64,000 nucleotides of DNA from positions 8,866,001 through 8,930,000 of the forward strand of contig NC_073415.1 in NCBI RefSeq assembly GCF_028641065.1, written 5' to 3'. Numbering within the stretch: position 1 is the first letter of the stretch; each line of letters begins with the position of its first letter. The position numbers and the translations under genes are program-made. Below, piece after piece: positions 51,901-59,691 of the stretch. Origin of the DNA: Leucoraja erinacea. Its lineage: Eukaryota. The notes beneath the pieces are model-generated. The model made no database searches and was not told where the DNA came from. It worked only from the letters and a program-made list of their open reading frames with translations.

Positions 51901-52985
51901 CCTATTTGAACATCGGTAGTCAAATGCATTCGGGAGTAGCCAAATTTGGGCTCTACGTAAGATAGTGCCTAAGGAAAGAAATGCAGAAAAAGAAAAAAGA
52001 CCTCCAGCTTATACCTGCAAAAGATTCTATTGATTAACTAGTGAAATTCATTTATCAGAAAGTGTTATAGAATAAATATTTGTTAAACAAAAGGAAAGAT
52101 TTCCCTCCTTTCTGCTCCCTCTGCCTGAAAATATCTAATTCTAAACATTTTGCAGATTAGGTTAAATACAGTCCTGTAAAAGTAATTGATTTGGAAATTA
52201 ATATGCAGTTAAATCAGAAAATGCTGCAGACACTCAGCTGATCAGGCAGCATCTGTGGAAAGAGAATCCGTAACAGATCAGGCTAAAGACCCTTTGACTG
52301 AATTCAGAAAGAGAGAAAACAAGTTAGTTTTCAGCAATAGCATGCAATAAGGTATCATATTCAGAAATCAGGCCATCAGCAATGACTAATAACCTGTTCG
52401 CTGAAGGTTGTTTCACATCCGCCCTCTGTGGTGTTTTAAAGGTTTCATTTGTGCAGATCAAGCTGCTGTCAATTTATTCAGAGACTCGCATCATTTGAAC
52501 TTTGTATAAACACTTTGGGTGAAACAAAATGCATACAACAGAACAAACTTGAAAATCATCGGAATCTATCAGGTGACAAATCTGCAGGGAAGGTAGAAAT
52601 CTTACATCAACTTCCGTTCTTTAGCAACCATTTTGTCATCTCACGGTACCCTGCACTGTCTTGAAGTCAGTCCTTGCTCACCCACCACAATAGTTGGCAA
52701 AGATTGAGCAACGGCAGAGAAAATAAGTTTAAAACTACCCAAAGGAAATCATTGTTCAAATTTGCTTGTTTAATACCAAGGTGGCAGTTGTTTCAAACAT
52801 TCGGCAAGGCTGCGGTCTCAGCTCCTTCCCCTCAGACCCAGAGCTTTCTTCAAACAACTCTCTGTCACCGAGCAACAGCTGAGCGCGGCAATCACAGAGA
52901 AGGGAAGAAATCGGACAAAAATATAAATGTGTCGCAACTTAGTCTTGAAAGCGTTTTGAGTTTCTTACTTGATCCTGGATCCCAT
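22447..52985 (-). CDS. DENND1C: DENN domain-containing protein 1C (connecdenn 3, Rab35 GEF), 23 coding exons, about 970 aa
   Basis: Begins [16 protein letters not shown]. Has the DENN core [56 protein letters not shown] and LQLFKQFID.RL, then [11 protein letters not shown] and SLDFF. Ends [12 protein letters not shown], resembling the recalled DENND1C-specific C-terminus, and lies next to CRB3. All 22 introns are GT-AG with consistent phases (2913 nt including stop). Confidence 0.92.
23569..23762. mobile_element. Penelope-derived foldback short element (representative of dozens of copies)
   Basis: Two inverted arms of about 65 bp made of the pLTR sequence (AGACACAAAATGCTGGAGTAACTCAGCGGGACAGGCAGCATCTCTGGAGAGAAGGAATGGGTGA); TSD CAAAGGCAACAT at 23557-23568 and 23763-23774. 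Confidence 0.85.
24051..24246 (-). CDS. DENND1C: DENND1C exon 22
   Basis: Encodes STCDEDG...[12 protein letters not shown]...[17 protein letters not shown]; donor gtgagt. Confidence 0.92.
24730..25298 (+). mobile_element. Penelope-like element 3' fragment (GIY-YIG plus pseudo-LTR) with a 20-bp TSD
   Basis: [36 protein letters not shown]...HPRGMN; perfect direct repeat AACAAAGATGTATGTACTTT at 24710-24729 and 25299-25318. Confidence 0.9.
25365..25432 (-). CDS. DENND1C: DENND1C exon 21
   Basis: Encodes [22 protein letters not shown]; phase 0-2 links exons 20 and 22. Confidence 0.82.
25926..26117. mobile_element. Penelope-derived foldback short element
   Basis: Near-perfect inverted arms; 15-bp direct repeat CTTGTGAACCAGGAA at 25911-25925 and 26118-26132. 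Confidence 0.85.
27039..27161 (-). CDS. DENND1C: DENND1C exon 20
   Basis: Encodes [16 protein letters not shown]...[13 protein letters not shown]. Confidence 0.9.
28296..28352 (-). CDS. DENND1C: DENND1C exon 19
   Basis: Encodes [19 protein letters not shown]. Confidence 0.92.
28710..29020 (-). mobile_element. CR1-type LINE ORF2 C-terminal fragment
   Basis: [44 protein letters not shown]...FKRELD is the typical CR1 ORF2 end. Confidence 0.85.
29558..29629 (-). CDS. DENND1C: DENND1C exon 18
   Basis: Encodes [24 protein letters not shown]. Confidence 0.93.
30282..30322 (-). CDS. DENND1C: DENND1C exon 17
   Basis: Encodes [14 protein letters not shown]. Confidence 0.88.
30447..30537 (-). CDS. 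DENND1C: DENND1C exon 16
   Basis: Encodes [30 protein letters not shown]. Confidence 0.92.
31256..31535 (-). mobile_element. V-SINE (HE1-like)
   Basis: Reverse-complement, near full-length copy. Confidence 0.8.
31620..31721 (-). CDS. DENND1C: DENND1C exon 15
   Basis: Encodes [34 protein letters not shown]. Confidence 0.94.
32217..32450. mobile_element. hAT (Charlie-like) MITE
   Basis: Imperfect TIRs CAAGGCTGCCCAACCT / AGGTTGGAAACCCCTG; 8-bp flanks GTCTAGAA / GTCTCTAA. Confidence 0.65.
32790..32915 (-). CDS. DENND1C: DENND1C exon 14
   Basis: Encodes [42 protein letters not shown]. Confidence 0.94.
34392..34493 (-). CDS. DENND1C: DENND1C exon 13
   Basis: Encodes [34 protein letters not shown]. 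Confidence 0.94.
34651..34678 (-). ncRNA. Minimal hammerhead-ribozyme-like motif in a Penelope-derived repeat
   Basis: Minus strand reads CUGAUGA A GGGU CUCG ACCC GAA ACGU C: conserved core boxes, stem II, palindromic ACGU in place of stem III and a GUC triplet. Stem I is only about 2 bp, so activity is unproven. Confidence 0.55.
35075..35468. mobile_element. PIF/Harbinger-type MITE
   Basis: TIRs A(C/G)GGCCTGTCCCACTTTC; TTA on both sides (35072-35074 and 35469-35471). Confidence 0.8.
35694..35739 (-). CDS. DENND1C: DENND1C exon 12
   Basis: Encodes [16 protein letters not shown]. Confidence 0.94.
35782..36090 (-). mobile_element. V-SINE (HE1-like), full length
   Basis: Reverse-complement copy running from the tail (TTTAG)n to the tRNA-like head. 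Confidence 0.85.
36439..36539 (-). CDS. DENND1C: DENND1C exon 11
   Basis: Encodes [33 protein letters not shown]. Confidence 0.95.
37326..37436 (-). CDS. DENND1C: DENND1C exon 10
   Basis: Encodes [37 protein letters not shown]. Confidence 0.94.
38107..38160 (-). CDS. DENND1C: DENND1C exon 9
   Basis: Encodes [18 protein letters not shown]. Confidence 0.92.
39138..39212 (-). CDS. DENND1C: DENND1C exon 8 (frame-preserving; acceptor at 39212 or 39203)
   Basis: Encodes (AQQ)[22 protein letters not shown]; donor CTG|GTGAGT; phase 0-0; position matches the variable linker insert recalled in DENND1B/1C. Confidence 0.6.
40129..40209 (-). CDS. DENND1C: DENND1C exon 7
   Basis: Encodes [27 protein letters not shown]; tgctgcag acceptor, gtaagt donor. 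Confidence 0.88.
41145..41540 (+). mobile_element. CR1-type LINE 3' end
   Basis: GAGTCTAGGACCAGAGG...AACTTCTTTAGTCAGAGAGTGGTTAATCTGTG...GGGCCGAATGGCCTAATTCT. Confidence 0.8.
42463..42532 (-). CDS. DENND1C: DENND1C exon 6
   Basis: Encodes [24 protein letters not shown]. Confidence 0.93.
43275..43394 (-). CDS. DENND1C: DENND1C exon 5
   Basis: Encodes [39 protein letters not shown]. Confidence 0.95.
43805..43854 (-). CDS. DENND1C: DENND1C exon 4
   Basis: Encodes [16 protein letters not shown]; donor gtaaga. Confidence 0.92.
45385..45428 (-). CDS. DENND1C: DENND1C exon 3
   Basis: Encodes [15 protein letters not shown]; donor gtaagc. Confidence 0.9.
48294..48451. mobile_element. hAT-type MITE
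   Basis: TIRs CAGTGGCGGACTGG / CCAGTCCGCCACTC; 8-bp flanks CATGCATT / GGTGCATT. Confidence 0.7.
49189..49253 (-). CDS. DENND1C: DENND1C exon 2
   Basis: Encodes [21 protein letters not shown]; ttttcag acceptor, gtaagt donor. Confidence 0.9.
51285..51630 (-). mobile_element. CR1-type LINE 3' end (similar copies at about 645-990, 10420-10870 and 15705-15920)
   Basis: [45 protein letters not shown]; contains an internal tandem duplication of about 39 bp. Confidence 0.85.
52969..52985 (-). CDS. DENND1C: DENND1C coding exon 1 (MGSRIK)
   Basis: accATGGGATCCAGGATCAA|gtaaga. Confidence 0.9.
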
Positions 52986-53139
52986 GGTTGTCTACATGGC
53001 CGGTGATCACAGCTGCAAAGAATCCTGGTCTGGATTTGGATGGATCATGGATTTTGGGAAGGGGACAGGGATGGTGCTGGTGCTGCAAGTTGTTAGATGA
53101 GATAAGTTTTTCTGTCAGTACCTTGCGCCGTGATCCTTC

Positions 53140-53215
53140 CGTTAGACTGTATAGGAAGTATGATGTATGACGTGCTACTCTGAGAGGAGTGACTCTATAT
53201 ATAGTGACACCACGG
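53140..53215 (-). promoter_or_regulatory. Candidate DENND1C core promoter
   Basis: TATATATA at about 53196-53203, TGACGT near 53168 and ETS-like AGGAAGT near 53153, about 170-220 nt upstream of the start codon on the minus strand. Confidence 0.4.
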
Positions 53216-54164
53216 ACGTCTGAGGCCAGAAATTCATCCGTGTGGTGCTGTGTTTATGAGTGCAAACTTAACATTAATCTTTGGAATGTATTAATTGCAG
53301 AATCAATCACTTGGCTTGATTCTGCCATTCATTTAGTTTGCCCTGGCACTTCCATGTATGGCATCTATGAGCTCCCATTATTGGGCTCACAGATCAACAG
53401 TGCCCCCTCCTTGACTCTCAGTCTGATGAAGGCTCGACCTGAAACGTCACCCATTCCTTCTCTCCAGAGATGCTGGCTGACCCACTGAGTTACTCCAGCA
53501 TTTTGTGTCTATCTTCGGTGAAAACTAGCATCTGCAGTTCCTTCTTACATGGCCCACATTATATCTTAAGACACCTAGGATGCAGAGGATTCCATTTGCC
53601 ATACAGTCTAGGGGTATGAAGCAATTTCCTTCATCAATTGCTCATTGACCTAAATGTCCCTATTTAGAATAATTTGTTTGTAGTTTTAAAGGGCCAGGCC
53701 AACTTGTACCCACTGCTGCCCAAAGATCTTTGATGCTGCCTTAGCAGCAAAGCAATCATTTACTTTTTGAGAATGGTGCATTATCCAAATTGCAAGGAGC
53801 ATTTCCATGTGATTGATTAGTAAGATGATGTAAAACAATCAAACAAAGAAAAATGGTACTTTAATGTTGTATGTACTGTGGTACAGTGAAATTCAAAAGG
53901 TAAACACAAAATGCTGGAGTAACTCAGCGGGGCAGGCAGCATCTCTGGAGAGAAGGAATGGTTGACATTTCGGGTCAAGACAGGGTCTGAAGAAGGGTCT
54001 CGACTCGAATCGTCACCGACTCGTATGGAGTTTGTATGTTTTCCCTGTGACCTGCATGGGTTTTCTCCAGGATCTTCGGTTTCCTCCCACACATTACGTA
54101 GGTTAATTGGCTTAGTATAAATGTAAAATTGTCCATAGTGTGTGTAGGATCGTGTTAGTTTGCA

Positions 54165-54199
<35 letters not shown>

Positions 54200-55876
54200 G
54201 CAGACTCAGTTGGCCAAAGGGCCTGTTTCCGCGCTGTATCTCTAAAACTAAAAAAATGAAACTAAAGAACAGCGCGTGGCAGAGGATCACAGAAATAGCT
54301 GTGATGGAGGATCGTGTGGCAGCAAGCTAGCTCAGTAATTCAGTGAGTGAGTGAGTTTGCTCGGTGCTCCCAGCTCTGCCTGGCTCAACTTATCCCCCAG
54401 TTATTGTGACTCAGTAGTGGTGTGGGGAGCAAAATCACATGGAAACGCACTATCCCCACTTGGAAAAGATGCCTGCAGCAACACAGCGACTGGCAAATCC
54501 ATCTCGCCAGTCCGCCAAATGCTTGTTTGTATGTGTATGGTGTCCATAAGTCAGGCATTTGTAACCCAGGGAGGATCTGTAAGTGCGTGGTTAAATTTGG
54601 GGTAGCTGATGGGAATGTGGAGAGAATAGAATCAATGTAGGATTAGTGTAAATGGGTGGGCCAAAGGTCCTGATTCTGTACTGCATCTTTCTATGATGAA
54701 TACACCCTGCAAACTACAACACCCTGGCTACATTGCTACTGCCATTGGAAAAAAGGTACAGGAGCCTGAGAACCATAACGTCCAGGTTCAAGACAGCTTG
54801 TTCTTAAGTGGTTAGGGTTGACCATCCTGCACAACCCTAACAACACTCTACCTCAGCACCAACAATGCATACAAGATACCCTCTATACTTTGGCATGCAC
54901 TATCATGGTCTGGTTTACCGAGTATAACTGATAATTTATTGTATACTTATTTGTTGTGTAACTTTACATGAACTTAACATTCATGTAAAGTTGCAATATG
55001 AAAGAATTTAATGTGCATTGATAATTAAACATTCTTGTCTCCATTTTTTGCAAAGCTATAAACTTGAGATTACATGTTATTTAGCTCACAGTGCCACACT
55101 GCCACCTGGTGCCCAACTCTCTAAGTTACAAAATAAATTTGCATTCATATCATTGAATTAATGTTTCTTTTTCCACTCATGCTGCCTGAGTGATCCCAAC
55201 ATTTTCAATTTTTCTTTCAGATTTCCTGCATTTGCTGTGTTTTAATTTAATTTTACAATTCTATAATACTCTTTATGACCATTGGTCACCCTGAAATACA
55301 TTATAAACATTGAACAACATTGGAAATTATACATCTCTTAACTACGGGACTGTTATAGCAACTGTTACTGTTGCTTACTGTGTTCCTTGATCATAGTTGT
55401 TTTTTTGCATATTTCATTCATTTGTTCTATATCACCATCTAGTTTCATTGTCAACCTGTTGAAATTCACTGTCTGTATCCACATGTTATCACCTACCACA
55501 CAACCAACAATGGACCATTGTGGGCTCCACCTGCCCTTGACCATCGTAGCTTTTGCATATCTTTCATTCATTTGTTCTATTTACCGTCCATATCTGAAGA
55601 GTCTGGACCAGAAACGTGACCCACTCCTTCTCTCCAGAGATGCTGCCTGCCCCACTGAGTAACTCCAGAATTTTGTGTCTACCTTTGATTTAAACCAGCA
55701 TCTGCAGTTCTTTCCTACACATCTCTCGTTTCCCTCTCCCAGTCTGAAGAAGGATCTCGACCTGGAATGTCACCCATTCCTTCTCTACACAGAAAACTGC
55801 CTGACCCGCTGAGTTGCTCCAGCATTTAAGAAGTCAAGAAGAGTCGGGAGTTTTATTGTCACTTGTCCCAGATAGG

Positions 55877-57306
55877 ACAAGTCAAGTCAAGTCAAGTCAA
55901 GTTTATTTGTCACATACACATACGCGATGTGCAGTGAAATGAAAGTGGCAATGCTCGCGGACTTTTGTGCAAAAGACAAACAACAAAACAACCAAACAAA
56001 TTATAAACACAATCATAACACACATATTCTTTTACATAATAAATAATAGAAGGAAAAACGTTCTGTAGTTTACAGTCCGAATTGCCTCTGGGAAGAAACT
56101 CCTTCTCAACCTCTTCGTTCTCACTGCATGGCAACGGAGGCGTTTGCCTGACCGTATCGGCTGGAACAGACCGTTGCAGGGGTGGAAGAGGTCTCTCATG
56201 ATTTTGTTTGCTCTGGAGTTGCACCTCCTGTTGTATAGTTCCTGCAGGGGGGTGAGTGAAGTTCCCATAGTGAGTTCGGCCGAACGCACTACTCTCTGCA
56301 TGGCCTTCTTGTCCTTGGCAGAGCAATTCCCGAACCAGATGGTAATGTTCCCGGACAAGATGCTTTCCACCGCCGCTGCGTAGAAGCACTGTAGAATCCT
56401 CGGAGACACTCTGAATTTCCTCAATTGCCTGAGGTGGTAAAGACGCTGCCTTGCCTTACTCACCAGTGCTGAGGCGTGTGATGACCATGTCATATCCTCA
56501 GAGATGTGGACTCCCAGATATTTAAAACAGTTCACCCTATCCACAGGATCCCCATTTATACTCAATGGAGTGTACGTCCTCGGATGATGTGCCCTCCTAA
56601 AGTCCATGATCAGCTCCTTCGTTTTTTTGATGTTCAAGAGGAGGCTGTTCTCCTGGCACCAGAGTGCTAGATCAGCCACCTCCTCCCGGTAGGCCTTCTC
56701 ATCATTGTCTGAGATCAGGCCCACCACCACAGTGTCATCAGCAAACTTAATTATTGAATTGGAGCTGAACCTAGCCACACAGTCATGTGTGTACAGGGAG
56801 TACAATAGGGGGCTGAGGACGCAACCCTGGGGCGATCCTGTGCTCAGGGTGAGGGACTTCGATGTATTCCCTCCCATCTTGACTACCTGGGGCCTGGCGG
56901 TGAGAAAGTCCAGGACCCAGGCACACAGGGAGGTGTTGAGCCCCAATTCCAGTAGCTTCCCGGCCAGTCTGGTGGGGACTATCGTGTTGAAGGCTGAACT
57001 GTAGTCTATGAACAGCATCCTCACGTAGCCCCCCTTCTGGCTGTCCAGATGGGAGAGAGCGGTGTGCAAGACCTGGGAGACCGCATCGTCCGTGGACCTG
57101 TTCGGACGGTATGCAAACTGTAACGGGTCCATGTTCCGAGGGAGGAAGGCGCAGATGTGATTCTTCACCAGCCTCTCAAAGCATTTCATGACTACCGAGG
57201 TAAGGGCCACCGGACGGTAGTCATTCAGGCAGGCTGGGGAGGAATTTTTTGGTACCGGTACAATGATGAATTTTTTGAAGCAGGCAGGGACCACGGACTT
57301 GTCCAG
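55877..57306 (-). mobile_element. 5'-truncated Rex1/Babar non-LTR retrotransposon with an uninterrupted RT frame
   Basis: ORF 56032-57366 contains [53 protein letters not shown] and KFADD, typical of Rex1-clade RT; ends in a short tandem tail (GTCAA)n at about 55877-55902. Confidence 0.9.
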
Positions 57307-57745
57307 GAAATTCTTGCTTGCTGCAGCATAACAGAATATTATAGGCAAAAATACAGAACGGATCACATAAATAAGCAGATACAGTGCAATAGACTGTTAC
57401 AGTTCTATTTGTAGGTGAGTTTAATAGCCTGATGGCTGTGGGGAAGAAGTGATTCCTGAACCTGGATGTAACAGATTTCAGGCTTCTGTACCTTCTACCC
57501 GATGGTAGCGGAGAGATGAGTACATGGCCATGGCCAGGATGGTGTGGGTCCTTGATGATGTTGGCTGCCTTTTTGATGCAGCGACTGCGATAAATCCCCT
57601 CGATGGTGGGGAGGTCAGAGCTGATGATGGACTGGGCAGTGGTCACAACTTTCTGCATCCTTGTCCACTTCTGGACGCTCAAGTTGCCGAACCAAGCTAC
57701 GATGCAGCCACTCAGCATGCTCTCCACAGTGTCTATCTGCACCTT
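57307..57745 (-). mobile_element. Older Rex1/Babar 3' fragment
   Basis: ESMLSGCIVAWFGN...IKDPHHPGH...LPSGRRYRSL...RFRNHFFPTAIRLLN is homologous to the C-terminus of the adjacent RT. Confidence 0.8.
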
Positions 57746-57959
57746 TGGTTGAGTTTGTACCAGTATCTTTGGTTTGTACCAATATCTTTGGTTTGTACAG
57801 TTGTGAAGTTGTTGTTGTAATTTTTAGGTGTCTGTCTTATTTGCCCACTGAATTGGAGCCCCGTTGTCCTCCCCCCTACCATCGAGATAAAAAACAGTGA
57901 ATTAATATATGCGATCGGAAAAAAAGGATTTTAATTTTTTTTAAAGAGTTTGCTTGTGA

Positions 57960-58403
57960 TGCGGCAGCTTACTGGGCAGGCCGGCGGGGTCTTTGGATGA
58001 CCGTTGGCGGCGGCGGTTGTGGCCGTTGGGCGCGCGCTGTTTGAATGGTTTGCGCGGGAGGCGCGCGGGAGCTGGGGGCGGGAAACCCGGCGGAGAGGAG
58101 CCGCGCTGGGAGAGGGAGAGAGGGGGTAGAGAGGGGGTAGAGAGGGACAGAGGAGAGGAGTCGCAGCGGCAAGTGAAGGGACGGGGGGGACAGCGCAGAG
58201 AGAGAGAGAGAGACATTGTAGAGGAGGAGGAACGGCGGTCAGACAGGGACAGGGACAGCGAAGAGAGGAACTTGGAGCAGGAGTTGGGCCAAACGGCAGC
58301 GGAGAGGAGCCGCCTCTCTGGGACAGGAGGGGGGCAGACTCAAGGACAGCGGGGAGAGGGGGCACTAACTCGCCAGCTAGCTGCTGCTCGGTGGCAGGTC
58401 AGT
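57960..58403 (+). promoter_or_regulatory. SPC24 CpG-island promoter with CDE/CHR and E2F elements, plus a probable non-coding first exon
   Basis: GCGCGC-N4-TTTGAA at 58030-58045; TTTGCGCG at 58049-58056; GGCGGGAAA at 58077-58085; candidate donor GCAG|GTCAGT after 58397. Confidence 0.7.
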
Positions 58404-58999
58404 GCAACGCCAACCTCGGCCATCTTACCCCGTCTCCCAACGATACCCTCATCCCAGCCGTCCGGGTGGAGAGGGTTTGCAGCCCAATGTGAATGTTCTC
58501 AGTGTGGGGGGGGGGGGGGAGACGTCCGTCCCTTCCCCATCATCCCTGGGGGAGAGTGGGGACATTTCTGTCACTCCCATTGCAGCTCCTGGGTGTTGGG
58601 TATGAGGAGGGGGAGATGTTAGTGCCCCCTCACCCCAAAGAGTGGGAGAGATGTCTGTTCATCCCCGGGAGTGAGGGAGAAATGTCAGTTCCAACCCTGG
58701 GGGTGGGGGAAGATGTAGTTCCCCATTCCAAATGGTGGGGAAGATGTCTACCTCCCTTTCATCCCTTGGAGCGAGGGTGGTGGTGTTAGTCTTTCCTCTT
58801 GCACCCACTGGATGTTGGGTGGGGGTTGCCTCCCATTGTAACCCTGCGAATGGTTGCTGTCAGTACCCTCCCTTCACAATCTTGGGAAATACATCAGTCC
58901 CTTCTCCCATGCTTGACACCCTCCCATTTAAAAGTTAATTGAATGGAAATGTGGTCACCATGGTATTTCACAAAAGGTCAAGTTGGGTTTATTATTATA

Positions 59000-59420
59000 T
59001 GTTCTAGAAACTGATAGTTGTAGCAACCTTCTGATGTGGGACTTCAGGATTATGCATATCCTGCCCAATGGTGGTATTGTGAAGGGGCATGGCCTGGATG
59101 GTTGGGTTCTTAGTGACACACACTACCTTCTGGAGGCAGCGCCTCGTATAGATAGTTTTGGTAAAGGGCTGTGCCTGTGACGGACTGGGCTGAGTAAACC
59201 ACTCTGCAGCCTCTTGCGTTCCCATGGCATTGGAAATGTCATGACACAACCTGTCGAGCGCATCTACAGAAATTTGTTTGGTGACATGCGGAATGTCTTT
59301 AAACTGTTAAGAAAGTAGAGGTGCTGGCGTACCTTCTTTCGTGATCCTAGGCCAAGGATAGGCTTTCTGAGGTGTAACTTCCAAGAATTTGAAACTGCTA
59401 ACTCTCTCCACCAATGACCC
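59000..59420 (-). mobile_element. Degenerate Rex1-like 3' fragment in the SPC24 first intron
   Basis: Nucleotide similarity to 57420-57740 and 56400-56560 (IYTRRCL..., gtagaggtgctgg). Confidence 0.55.
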
Positions 59421-59528
59421 ACTAATAAGAATGGGAGCAATGGACTATTGAGGTGCCATTGCTCTCAATTTGTCAATGAATGTCAACAAATTAAACTGTC
59501 TTCTGTCTTCAGGTTGTGTAATGCAAAG

Positions 59529-59691
59529 ATGGAGGCACAAATGCAAGAGATTAAGGCATTAGCAGATGAGATGATGATTATCCTCTCTGGTTGTCAAGGG
59601 GAGGTACTTCTGCAGAATGCCATGAATTATAAGGCAAAAATGGTGAATGTCTATATGGAAGTAGAACAATGTGTGAAGCAGCAGTTAAGAG
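59529..59691 (+). CDS. SPC24: SPC24 coding exon 1
   Basis: Acceptor tcttcag at 59512; aagATGG start; donor AG|GTAAGC. Confidence 0.88.

Noticed and set aside
57931-58622. Overlapping 144-209 aa ORFs
   Set aside because: A stop-poor CpG island and GA-rich sequence at the SPC24 promoter; no recognisable protein
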